A stretch of 64,000 bases of DNA, from the NCBI GenBank assembly GCA_040755005.1, contig JBFMBV010000001.1:5692-69691 (forward strand), given 5' to 3'. Below, piece after piece: positions 10,842 to 19,320 of the stretch (position 1 is the stretch's first letter; each line of letters starts with the position of its first letter). The translations under genes were made by a program, and so were the position numbers. The DNA is from Bacillota bacterium (lineage in GTDB: Bacteria > Bacillota > Sulfobacillia > JBFMBV01). The notes beneath the pieces were generated by a model that saw only the letters and a list, made by a program, of their open reading frames with translations, was not told the DNA's origin and did no database searches.

Positions 10842-12428
10842 TCACCTCCGGGGCTGGCGCTGATGGCGGTCGAGGGTCGGTACTACCAGGTGGAGGGCCC
10901 GGTCAAAGTGGGCGGCCGACACCGTCATATTACCGACCTCGCTGGGATCCAAGCGTGCGTCATAGCCCTCCGGCGCCCCCTCGAACCGCTCGCGGATGCA
11001 CTCCAGACCAGCCTCCCGGCACAGGGCGGCCAGATCGGCGCCGACAAAGCGGTCGGTGGCCTTGGCCAGGGCAGGCAAGTTGACATCAGCGGCCAGGGGC
11101 ATCGCCCTGGCATGTATCTTCAGGATAGCCAGCCTCTGCTCCTCACCTGGGGGACTGATCTCCAGCAAGAAGTCGAGGCGGCCCGGACGCTTTACGGCTG
11201 GGTCCACGTTGTCCACCCGGTTGGTGGTACCGATGACCACGACCTGTCCCCTGTCCTCCAGGCCATCCATGCAACTGAGCAGTTGGCTGACGGTCACCGC
11301 CTCGAAGTTGTGCGTGACGTTGGCCCGGTCAGGGGCGATGGAATCCAGTTCATCGAAGAGCACTACCGACGGGGCAGTCTCCTTAGCCTCGGCGAAGAGG
11401 GCCCTAAGGTTCGCCTCGGACTGCCCGTGCCACTGGGAGATGATCTCCGGGCCATTGACCAGGATGAAGTTGGCCTGGCACTCGCTGGCGAGGGCCTTGG
11501 CCAGCAGGGTCTTGCCGGTGCCCGGCGGCCCGTACAGGAGGGCCCCCTTGTGAGCCCGGATGCCCAACCGCTCGAACATCTCGGGGTACTTGAGGGGCAG
11601 TTCGATGGCTTCCCGCAGCCTGCGGAGCTCCCCATCAAGTCCCCCCACATCCGCATACCGCACCGTAGGGACATCCCGCTGTCCGTCCGGGATCCTCGCC
11701 GCGCCGGCCGACGGCGTAGCCGACACGGGGGTCGCCTCGCGTTGGCGCTTCTCCACGCCCACTACCTGGTAGCGGCCGTTATGCCAACCGTGCTTGTACA
11801 CCCAGTTGCCGTCAAGGCGGGGGTCGATACGCTCCGGCAGGTTGACTAGGATGTCTTCCAGCCGGTTCCTGTCCAGCAGCGGGCAGTGCCACGCCAAGCT
11901 TCGCTTGAGATAGTCGCCGACCGCTTCCCTGAGCTTGGCCTTATCGACGATGAAGACCTTCTCCTTGCTGATCCGCCCATACTGGAACCAGCCCAGGTGG
12001 TTCCCCTCGGATACGGGCAGGCGCCGGCAGGGGAACAGCTGCTTGACGGCGCCGACCCCGGTAGCGTGGATGCCCCGTCCGGTGCAGTAGCCCTGGGGAT
12101 CCGCGGAACAAGCCCCCCGCTCGTAGCAGTCCAGGAAGGCATATAGGCGGCGGAGATTGACCGACTCGCCTCCTACGGTCAGTCTGAGCGAGCGCCAGTT
12201 CGCCGCCACGCTGAGTAGGGCTCTCAGCCTGGGCAGGGCGTCGGCGGCGTAGGATACGGTGTACGTTGTTCCGTTAGGGCCGTGACGCATGGCGAAGGAA
12301 GGCTCGCTCTCAGCGACGCTGAGCGCCTCGCCGAAGTGCGCCGACGATGACCGTTGGAACTCGACCTTGATCTCCAAGGGTCCGCCTCCCATCGGGCGTG
12401 GATTATCCCCAGGGCCGTTGAGCTCCAT
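10842..12428 (-). CDS. AAA+ ATPase (Cdc48/FtsH-type single AAA module) with a roughly 280-aa uncharacterised Cys-containing N-terminal domain
   Basis: Walker A GPPGTGKT, Walker B VVLFDELD, SRH TNRVDNVDPAVKRPGRLD; N-domain has no motif I recognise; stop 4 nt from cca start. Confidence 0.75.
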   Translation of the reverse strand: MELNGPGDNPRPMGGGPLEIKVEFQRSSSAHFGEALSVAESEPSFAMRHGPNGTTYTVSYAADALPRLRALLSVAANWRSLRLTVGGESVNLRRLYAFLDCYERGACSADPQGYCTGRGIHATGVGAVKQLFPCRRLPVSEGNHLGWFQYGRISKEKVFIVDKAKLREAVGDYLKRSLAWHCPLLDRNRLEDILVNLPERIDPRLDGNWVYKHGWHNGRYQVVGVEKRQREATPVSATPSAGAARIPDGQRDVPTVRYADVGGLDGELRRLREAIELPLKYPEMFERLGIRAHKGALLYGPPGTGKTLLAKALASECQANFILVNGPEIISQWHGQSEANLRALFAEAKETAPSVVLFDELDSIAPDRANVTHNFEAVTVSQLLSCMDGLEDRGQVVVIGTTNRVDNVDPAVKRPGRLDFLLEISPPGEEQRLAILKIHARAMPLAADVNLPALAKATDRFVGADLAALCREAGLECIRERFEGAPEGYDARLDPSEVGNMTVSAAHFDRALHLVVPTLDRHQRQPRR

Positions 12429-12493
12429 TCCGTTGACCTAAACCTGGTGCATCTTCTCCGCCTGCAGCGACGAATCCTTTGTGCGGCTAGGTA

Positions 12494-12522
12494 TTGACCC
12501 TTCGGGCAGGCCATGCTATGAT
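12494..12522 (+). promoter_or_regulatory. sigma-A promoter of the proBAC leader
   Basis: TTGACC (12494-12499), 17-nt spacer, TATGAT (12517-12522). Confidence 0.6.
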
Positions 12523-12529
12523 TGGTGCT

Positions 12530-12815
12530 AATTAGCGCACCAGCGATGACGAGGAGCAGTAAGCAGCCCTGGGCGGCCCACAGAGAGCGGGGGTAAGGTG
12601 CAAGCCCGCGGCCGCAGGTAGCCGAACCCACCTCTGAGCCGCCGGCGACGAGTCGGCCGGGCAGGCTCCTGCCGTTACCAGCGGAGCAGGTGTAAGGGTC
12701 GCCTGCGGCCCCGCACCGCGGAGTGGATGGCGATGGCCATCAAATTGGGTGGTACCACGGAAGGCAGTCTTAGCCCTTTCGTCCCATGCGGACGAGAGGG
12801 CTCTGTTATTTGGGG
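12530..12815 (+). promoter_or_regulatory. T-box leader (tRNA-sensing riboswitch, presumably tRNA-Pro) upstream of proB
   Basis: GA (K-turn) motif agcgATGAcgaggAG; T-box sequence AAATTGGGTGGTACCACGGAAGG at 12742-12764; terminator GCCCTTTCGTCC/GGACGAGAGGGC followed by TTATTT just before the proB RBS. Confidence 0.7.
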
Positions 12816-12823
12816 GTGTCGTG

Positions 12824-13588
12824 ATGGGGTCGACGATCGTAGTCAAGATCGGCTCCAGTTCGCTGGCTGATGCGGGGGGCCTGTGCCGGGCAGCGGTGGA
12901 GACGCTCACCCGCGAGATTGCGGCGCTGCGCCGCGCAGGCCACCAGGTAGTGCTCGTCACCTCCGGGGCGGTGGCAGCCGGCCAGCGGGCGATGGGCGAG
13001 ACCACCAGCGACGAAGGCAGGCGGGCCGCCGCTGCGGCCGGCCAGGCTGTCCTCATGGCTGGGTACGTCACGGCCTGTACTGAGTTGGGCTTCACCGCCG
13101 CCCAGTTGCTGATCACCTCGGCAGACCTGCGGGAAGGCACACGCTTGTCAGGGGTGCTGGCCAAGCTGCTGGAGGCTGGCGTCCTCCCAGTGATCAACGA
13201 GGATGACGCCCTGGCAGCAAAGGTCATGCGCAACAACGACCTCGTGGCCGCGAGGGTTGCCATGCTGCTGGGCGCTTCGCTGCTGGTGCTGCTGACCGAT
13301 GCCGATGGCCTCCACACTGACGACCCGCGCCGCGACCCCACGGCCCCCGTCGTCTCCCGGGTCACCCGGGTGACCGGTCGCCTCCTGGCCACAGCCGGCG
13401 GGCCGGGGCAGCGCGGCGCGGGGGGGATGCGCGCCAAGCTGAAGGCCGCGGCGTTAGCAGCCTCCGCCGGGGTAGGCGTGGTGATCGCCCGGGCCGGCGC
13501 GCCGGATATCCTGTGCCGGGCCGTGCAGGAGCGGGAAGCTGCCGGCACCTTCGTCATTCCCCGTCGGGCAGGAGGTGGGTATTCGTGA
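12824..13588 (+). CDS. proB: glutamate 5-kinase (short form, no PUA domain)
   Basis: MGSTIVVKIGSSSL N-terminus; start trimmed from the track ORF to the ATG at 12824 downstream of the terminator. Confidence 0.85.
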   Translation: MGSTIVVKIGSSSLADAGGLCRAAVETLTREIAALRRAGHQVVLVTSGAVAAGQRAMGETTSDEGRRAAAAAGQAVLMAGYVTACTELGFTAAQLLITSADLREGTRLSGVLAKLLEAGVLPVINEDDALAAKVMRNNDLVAARVAMLLGASLLVLLTDADGLHTDDPRRDPTAPVVSRVTRVTGRLLATAGGPGQRGAGGMRAKLKAAALAASAGVGVVIARAGAPDILCRAVQEREAAGTFVIPRRAGGGYS

Positions 13589-14853
13589 CAGTGCTTGAGC
13601 AGAGCGCCCGCAGGGCCCGGGAGGCGGCAGGCCTCGTCGCCGATGCCGGGGCCGGCGGCAGGACGCGGGCACTGGAGCTGATGGCAACTGCCGTGACCGG
13701 TGCAGCCGGCACGGTGCTGGCCGCTAATGCCCTCGACATGGCCGCAGCCAGGGCGGCAGGCCACCCCGGCGCCTTCCTGGACAGGCTCCGCCTGGATGAG
13801 GGGCGCCTGCAGGCCATGGTGGCCACCCTGCGCGACCTCGCCGCCAGCCCAGACCCCCTCGCCCAGCCGGGCCTAGCCTGGACCCGACCCAACGGCCTGG
13901 TCGTCGAGCGTCGGCCGGTCCCCCTGGGTGTGCTGGCCGTGATCTTCGAAAGCCGACCCAACGTCGCGGTGGACGCCGCCGCGCTGGCCGTCCGCAGTGG
14001 CAACGCCGTACTGCTGAAGGCGGGCTCCGAGGCCTCCCGCACAGTGAACCGCCTGGTCGAGGTGCTCTCCACCGGGCTGGCCCGGGCGGGCCTGCCGCGC
14101 CAGGCCGTGCAGGTAGTCCCGGGTGACCGCGACGCCGCTCTGGGCTTGGCGCGGCTGAGTGGCTTGGTCGACCTGCTGGTCCCTCGGGGCGGCGGCCCCC
14201 TCCTGCGGGCAGTGCGGGCGATGGCCACAGTGCCCCTGGTGGAGACCGGGCCCGGCAACTGCCACGTCTATGTTGACGCCGCAGCCGACATGGCGATGGC
14301 CTTGGACATCATCGTCGATGCCAAGACCCAGCGGCCCGGGGTCTGCAACGCGGCCGAGACTTTACTGGTACACCGTGCGATCGCGGCCAGGTTCTTGCCT
14401 CAGGCCACCGCGGCCCTCTCCAGCCGGGGTGTCACCCTCCGCTGCTGCGCGGCTGCACTGAAGCAGATGCCGGGGGCCCAACTTGCCACAGCCGAAGACT
14501 GGGATGCGGAATACCTGGATCTCGTCCTGGCCGTGCGGGTTGTCCCTGATATGGCTGGGGCTCTCAGACACATCAGGGCCCACAGTACAGGCCATTCCGA
14601 GGCTATCGTCACAGAGGACCAGGCTGCCGCCGCAGCTTTCCTGTCTGCTGTCGATGCCGCTGCGGTCTATCACAACGCCTCCACGCGGTTCACCGACGGC
14701 GGGGAGTTCGGCTTCGGCGGGGAGCTGGGCATCGCCACCGGGCGTGTCCACGCTCGGGGTCCGCTCGGCCCTGAGCAGCTGGTCACTTACAAGTACGTGG
14801 TCGTGGGCAGCGGACAGACCCGCGGAGAAAGGTGGTCCAGCCGTGGGCGGTAA
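13585..14853 (+). CDS. proA: gamma-glutamyl phosphate reductase
   Basis: VLAVIFESRPNV and GPGNCHVYVD motifs; GTG start overlaps the proB TGA (GTGA). Confidence 0.9.
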   Translation: MTVLEQSARRAREAAGLVADAGAGGRTRALELMATAVTGAAGTVLAANALDMAAARAAGHPGAFLDRLRLDEGRLQAMVATLRDLAASPDPLAQPGLAWTRPNGLVVERRPVPLGVLAVIFESRPNVAVDAAALAVRSGNAVLLKAGSEASRTVNRLVEVLSTGLARAGLPRQAVQVVPGDRDAALGLARLSGLVDLLVPRGGGPLLRAVRAMATVPLVETGPGNCHVYVDAAADMAMALDIIVDAKTQRPGVCNAAETLLVHRAIAARFLPQATAALSSRGVTLRCCAAALKQMPGAQLATAEDWDAEYLDLVLAVRVVPDMAGALRHIRAHSTGHSEAIVTEDQAAAAAFLSAVDAAAVYHNASTRFTDGGEFGFGGELGIATGRVHARGPLGPEQLVTYKYVVVGSGQTRGERWSSRGR

Positions 14854-15682
14854 ACTGGGGCTAGTCGGGGCAGGCGCCATGGCTGAAGCCCTGGTGGCTG
14901 GGGTCACTGCGGCAGGTCTCTATGGGCCGGACCGCATCGTGGTGACTAATCGTCGTAACCTTGCCCGGCGACGCGAACTGGCCTGCCAATATGGGATTTG
15001 TACCGCGGCCAGCTTGGAAGAGTTGTGCCTGACAGCGGACCTGCTGGTATTGGCAGTCAAGCCGGTCGATGCCGCCGAGGTCCTGGCCCGCCTGGCGAGG
15101 ACCATCACCGACAGGCACACGCTTGTGTCGGTGGTCGCAGGCCTCAGCCTGGCCGCGCTCCAATCTCAGCTGCCTGCTGGCATGACCATCATCCGGGCCA
15201 TGCCCAACACCTCCTGCGCCGTCAGTCAATCGGCGACGGCCCTGGCCTGGGGCGAGGGTGTGGGCGCAGGCATGCGCGCACAGGTGCTGGGCATGTTCAC
15301 TGCCATCGGCCAGGTCGTGGAACTGCCCGAACACCTCATCGATGCGGCCACCGGGCTGGCGGGGAGCGGTCCCGCTTACGTCTACTATCTAGTTGAGGCA
15401 CTGGTGGAGGCGGGGCGCCAGGCCGGATTACCCGGCGAGGTGGCCGAGTCCCTGGCCAGGCAGACCCTCTACGGCGCGGCAGTGATGCTGCAGCGGACCG
15501 GCGCTGACCCGGCCGCACTGCGGGCCAAGGTCACATCGCCCGGCGGCACCACCATGGCAGGCGTGGAAACCCTGGAACGGGCAGGGGTCAGGGGCGCGGT
15601 CAAGGCTGCGGTGAAGGCCGCAGCCAAGCGAGCCGGGGAACTGGGCAAGCCGACCACTGGCATGGCGTCAGGCACGGAGTGA
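14843..15682 (+). CDS. proC: pyrroline-5-carboxylate reductase
   Basis: GTG start VGGKLGLVGAGAMAEAL (Rossmann motif); overlaps the proA stop; P5CR C-terminal TSPGGTT motif. Confidence 0.85.
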   Translation: MGGKLGLVGAGAMAEALVAGVTAAGLYGPDRIVVTNRRNLARRRELACQYGICTAASLEELCLTADLLVLAVKPVDAAEVLARLARTITDRHTLVSVVAGLSLAALQSQLPAGMTIIRAMPNTSCAVSQSATALAWGEGVGAGMRAQVLGMFTAIGQVVELPEHLIDAATGLAGSGPAYVYYLVEALVEAGRQAGLPGEVAESLARQTLYGAAVMLQRTGADPAALRAKVTSPGGTTMAGVETLERAGVRGAVKAAVKAAAKRAGELGKPTTGMASGTE

Positions 15683-15765
15683 CCTGGTGTTTGCGGCGGC
15701 CGACACGCGGATCGCGTGGTCTTCGGTCAGGACCCGCTGGCGGCCGCCATCACTCTGGAGATACG

Positions 15766-15793
15766 AGTGAGGCCACCTAACGGTGGCCTCACT
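15766..15793. terminator. bidirectional GC hairpin between convergent proC and the anti-sigma gene
   Basis: agtgaggccacc-taac-ggtggcctcact, perfect 12-bp stem; no U-tract. Confidence 0.5.
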
Positions 15794-15839
15794 GTCGCAT
15801 GCCGCGTATGTCGATGGGTCGCCGCTATGGCCACGGACG

Positions 15840-16330
15840 TCAATCGTCGTCGGAGCCCTCGATGAGGTCGTCGAAATCCTCCAGCGTGGGGTCGGCCTTG
15901 ATGGCAGTCTCGATCTTAGCCAGGGCTTCTGCTTCGGTCAGCCCCGCCTCAATGAGGTCAGCCATCGCTGCGGTGATCGTGGTCAGTTCCTCTAGGGTTG
16001 GGTCTGCTTCCATGGCTGTCTTGAGCATTGCCAGCGCGGCTTCGGACTTGACACCAGCCTCCAGCAGGTCCACCATGGCTGCCGTAAAGGTAGTGATCTC
16101 TTCCAAGAGGAGTTCCCTGTCCGTACCTGCGGCCAGTTGCGCCTCCACCAGGGCCAGCACAGCCATGATGTCCTCGGCCGTTGCGCCGACGTCGTGTAGG
16201 TCAATCGTAGCCGCGACGATGGTGCTCAGCTCCTCGAGTTCGGGATCTGTCACCAAGGTGCCCTTCAGGATAGCCAACGCAGCTTCCTCAGTCATCCCGG
16301 CCTCGAGCATGTCCAGTAGCCCCGCCGCGA
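15840..16330 (-). repeat. in-frame degenerate tandem repeats (about 111 nt, about 37 aa) encoding the C-terminal domain of the anti-sigma protein
   Basis: Four protein units ending DPELEELS, (diverged), DPTLEELT and DPTLEDFD, each carrying a xEAALAxLK core; the antisense frame gives a Ser-rich shadow ORF. Confidence 0.5.
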
Positions 16331-17087
16331 TCGTGTCGAACTCGTCGCTGAACAGCTCAGGGTCGATGTCCAGCTCCGCTTGCAGTTCCAGCACCTTCAT
16401 GGCCAGCTCGGAACCAGCCTCTTCGACCAGATCAACATAGTCATCGGGCAAGATGCCAGCCTTACGTGCAGACTCAGCCAGCTCACCGGTGACTTCGACG
16501 CTCACGACCTTGACCGACAAGCCCTGCTCCTTGAGGTAGCCGTCCAGGGTCCCGCGCACTGTCTCCGTCAAGGCCGTGAGCGCTTTCTGGGGCAGCTTGT
16601 CCTCAATCGGGCTCAAGGCAATGACGATCCGACGCTGAGGATCTAACAGCCCGGCCTTGTGCAGCTCCTCCGCGATGAGGCGCAGCGCCTCATCTACCTT
16701 CTTGCCCTCGAGTTTCAGTCCTGCCAATAGGGCCTCGCCCTGAGCGTCCAGACCTTCCGCGTCCATGATCCTGTCTTTTCCGCTTACGGTCAGTCCGATC
16801 GCAGGGTTGACCTGCAAGGCCAGACTAGCTACGGCCCGAGGGGTGAAGAAAGCCATGTACCCTCCAACCACCAGAGCCACCACGGCAACCGCGGCAACGA
16901 GCTTCCCAACTTTCACTATCATCCCTCCGACAGTCGCTTTGTGGGTTGGGCGATGAACTTTGGCTTTGGCACAGTGCCCACAGGCAAGCAGGGTTCTTCT
17001 CAAGCGCTGCTGGTGTGCCGGCATGTGCACTTCGGGAAGCTGAAGATCCTCCAGCATTGCCTCCAGCTCTGTCCTAACCAACTTCAT
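15840..17087 (-). CDS. putative membrane anti-sigma factor with one TM and an acidic helical-repeat extracytoplasmic domain
   Basis: Immediately downstream of the ECF sigma gene; 55-aa cytoplasmic N-terminus, TM GGMIVKVGKLVAAVAVVALVVGGYMAFF, repeat domain; start ATG at 17087 (TTG at 17096 also possible). Confidence 0.6.
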   Translation of the reverse strand: MKLVRTELEAMLEDLQLPEVHMPAHQQRLRRTLLACGHCAKAKVHRPTHKATVGGMIVKVGKLVAAVAVVALVVGGYMAFFTPRAVASLALQVNPAIGLTVSGKDRIMDAEGLDAQGEALLAGLKLEGKKVDEALRLIAEELHKAGLLDPQRRIVIALSPIEDKLPQKALTALTETVRGTLDGYLKEQGLSVKVVSVEVTGELAESARKAGILPDDYVDLVEEAGSELAMKVLELQAELDIDPELFSDEFDTIAAGLLDMLEAGMTEEAALAILKGTLVTDPELEELSTIVAATIDLHDVGATAEDIMAVLALVEAQLAAGTDRELLLEEITTFTAAMVDLLEAGVKSEAALAMLKTAMEADPTLEELTTITAAMADLIEAGLTEAEALAKIETAIKADPTLEDFDDLIEGSDDD

Positions 17088-17142
17088 ATCGATCAACCCT
17101 CTGTTCCATTAAACTTCGCTCTGGGAAAAAGGTTGCAGCCTG

Positions 17143-17721
17143 TTAACTCCGCGCCTCCAGCGCAGTGCGCAGCCGAGCCAAACCACGATGTAGTAGCGAC
17201 TTGACGGTGCCTTCTGGTTTCCGGAGAATCTCGGCTATCTCTTTGATGGTCTTGTCAGCAAAGAAACGTAAGCCGATCACTTCCTGGTAGATCACAGGCA
17301 GTTGGCGAATGTGCTGCAGACAAGTCAGAAATTGCTGGTGCCGCGTCAACGTCTCCTGCGCCGCGATCAGCTCGGCTTCCACCTCAGTAGCGGATACTGG
17401 TTCTAGCCCTTGGGTCTCGTGCAGGTGCTCCAGGGAAACTGGCGTGTACTTTCCTCTGCGCACATAGGTGGCCAGTTCATTGCCGGCGATGCGGTAGAGC
17501 CAAGCGCCAAAGGAACTGCCCCGCCACTCAAAGCGTCCAATTGCAGACAGCGCTTTGACGAAGGTCTCGGCCGTGATGTCCTTGGCAGCTTCGATGTTGC
17601 CGGTTCGGCGTACAACATAGTTGAGTATCGCCGGGTAGTACCGGTCATAGAGCTGAGCGAAAGCCTCGGGGCTATGCCGGGCGTGGGCAAGCAGTTCCTG
17701 CTCAGTGTCATGGGTGCTCAT
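17143..17721 (-). CDS. ECF-type RNA polymerase sigma factor
   Basis: Sigma-70 region 2 (FAQLYDRYYPAILNYVVRRTG) and region 4 (IKEIAEILRKPEGTVKSLLHRG); start trimmed to MSTHDTEQ with AGGAGC RBS. Confidence 0.8.
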   Translation of the reverse strand: MSTHDTEQELLAHARHSPEAFAQLYDRYYPAILNYVVRRTGNIEAAKDITAETFVKALSAIGRFEWRGSSFGAWLYRIAGNELATYVRRGKYTPVSLEHLHETQGLEPVSATEVEAELIAAQETLTRHQQFLTCLQHIRQLPVIYQEVIGLRFFADKTIKEIAEILRKPEGTVKSLLHRGLARLRTALEARS

Positions 17722-17955
17722 CGCCGTTGCTCCTAACCTCTGTGCGTAACTCATCCCTGCAAGACGCTGCGAGGCCACTGATTCGTTACGCGAGCGGCGA
17801 TTTCCTCTGCCTCTCTCAAGCTTTCCGCATCGTTCGAGCTGCGCTAAGGCTCGAGTGGTCGACGGCGCCGATGCCGGGCGTACAACCCGGCGGGCAGCCC
17901 GTGGGGGCTGCCCGCTGCAAGTGTACAATCATCGCTGACCAGGCACCCTTACCTT

Positions 17956-19179
17956 TCACCGAGGGTCGGCCACAGACCCCATGAACAGCAGGGTGCCGGT
18001 CTTATCGTCACGGATGGCGAAGAAGAACGGACGGTTCACGGTCAGCTCAGCTATGCGCGGCATGGCGGTGACTCGTATCGTGACCGCGGTCACCCCGGCA
18101 GCCTCAGTGCCCGCCTCATTGACATCCACATAGGTCTTGTGCTTGACCTCGCCGATGTACGGTCTTGCCGGGGGTGGACACATGCCGCTGAAGTCCGCCC
18201 TGCCCGCCTCGAAGGCGATGCCCATGCCCAGGGCCGTCAGTGCCCCCGTCAGTTCCTGGTCGTACTCCAGCCTGAACTTAGGCAGGGCCAGCCGCACTTC
18301 GCTGTTGGAGAAGGCCGCCATCCACTCCTGCCAGGCCTCAGGGGTAAGCCTGGCATGGAAGCTGTCCAGGCTGGAGGTCTCGCTGGGTAGGAACACATAC
18401 ATGCTGACCCGGCCGCCGCCGTAAGGCAGGCCCACTGCCTGGAAACCGTCGCCCTCAAGGTAGCGGTACTGGCCGGTGCGGTGCATCAGCAGGTGCTGCT
18501 TCACTGAGCCGTCGGCCACAGTGAAGGGCCCCTCCCGCGTGGCGGCGGGGTCGAATCTGTCCGTCCAGTTGCCCTTGAAGTAGACGGCGTTGACGAGCAC
18601 CATCACGTCCATCGGGTCCAGCTGGTTGATGATGCGGTCAATCTTGCCGTTGGTCTGGCGTTTGACCCAGCTGTTGATCGTCAGGAGTGCCTGCGGATCC
18701 GCGAAGTCCAGCGCGGTCACCTCGGCCTGATAGAAGCGCTCGTTACGCTCCAGGAAGTCGGGGAGGAACGTCATGTTCCGCTCAGCCCAGATGGAGTTGG
18801 CTACCTTGAGCTGCAGCTTGGGATCGGGGTTGTTGAGGATGGTGAGCAGCTCGGCATTGGCGGCGTTTAACTCCTCCAGAGTAAGCCCGTCGAGGCCCAG
18901 CGCCTTGGCCATGGCAGCCTGGGTCGTGCCCGCAGCCCCGTTGTAGGTCATGGCCAGGGCCATGCCTATGCTAACCGGGGAAATGAACAGGTTAGGCCGG
19001 GGCTCAATGGCCAGCAGCTCCCGATAGAGCGTCAAGGCGAAGCCGAGGTTGGCCTCGGCCAGCCTGGGGTCGATCGCCTCGGCCGGCGCCGCCAACGCCT
19101 TGGCCCCGATCGTACAGCCGGCAGCTGACAGTGCCAGCAACACTGCCAGAGCGGAAGTCAACAGTTTGGTTGCGCGCAT
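17956..19179 (-). CDS. serpin-family protease inhibitor, lipoprotein
   Basis: Signal peptide with lipobox LSAAGC; NAVYFKGNW serpin motif; inhibitory-type hinge EAGTEAAGVTAV; AGGAGG RBS. Confidence 0.85.
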   Translation of the reverse strand: MRATKLLTSALAVLLALSAAGCTIGAKALAAPAEAIDPRLAEANLGFALTLYRELLAIEPRPNLFISPVSIGMALAMTYNGAAGTTQAAMAKALGLDGLTLEELNAANAELLTILNNPDPKLQLKVANSIWAERNMTFLPDFLERNERFYQAEVTALDFADPQALLTINSWVKRQTNGKIDRIINQLDPMDVMVLVNAVYFKGNWTDRFDPAATREGPFTVADGSVKQHLLMHRTGQYRYLEGDGFQAVGLPYGGGRVSMYVFLPSETSSLDSFHARLTPEAWQEWMAAFSNSEVRLALPKFRLEYDQELTGALTALGMGIAFEAGRADFSGMCPPPARPYIGEVKHKTYVDVNEAGTEAAGVTAVTIRVTAMPRIAELTVNRPFFFAIRDDKTGTLLFMGSVADPR

Positions 19180-19270
19180 GGCTCTACCTCCTGACGCTCC
19201 CCGAGGTCAGACTCGGACGCAGTCAACGGTTACGACGTCACGACAGCCTTATGGTTCCCCACCTCAGGGA

Positions 19271-19295
19271 AAAACGCCCGGCAGGCGGGCGTTTT
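19271..19295 (-). terminator. intrinsic terminator downstream of ftsH
   Basis: AAAACGCCCGCCTGCCGGGCGTTTTT on the minus strand: 7-bp GC stem plus U-tract. Confidence 0.55.
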
Positions 19296-19320
19296 ACATA
19301 CGTGCAGGGCGTACTGGCTG

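Noticed and set aside
12224-13764. Two large minus-strand ORFs (135 aa and 410 aa) over the proBA leader and proB
   Set aside because: They overlap the T-box leader and are antisense to proB, whose identity is unambiguous; Ala/Pro/Arg/Ser-rich low-complexity translation.
15799-16440. 213-aa Ser-rich + strand ORF
   Set aside because: Antisense frame of the anti-sigma tandem repeats; poly-Ser/Ala low complexity is generated by reading GAG/GCC-rich repeats backwards.
17878-17900. + strand TGTACAAT extended -10-like sequence between the serpin and sigma genes
   Set aside because: Both flanking genes are on the minus strand; nothing on the + strand to transcribe.
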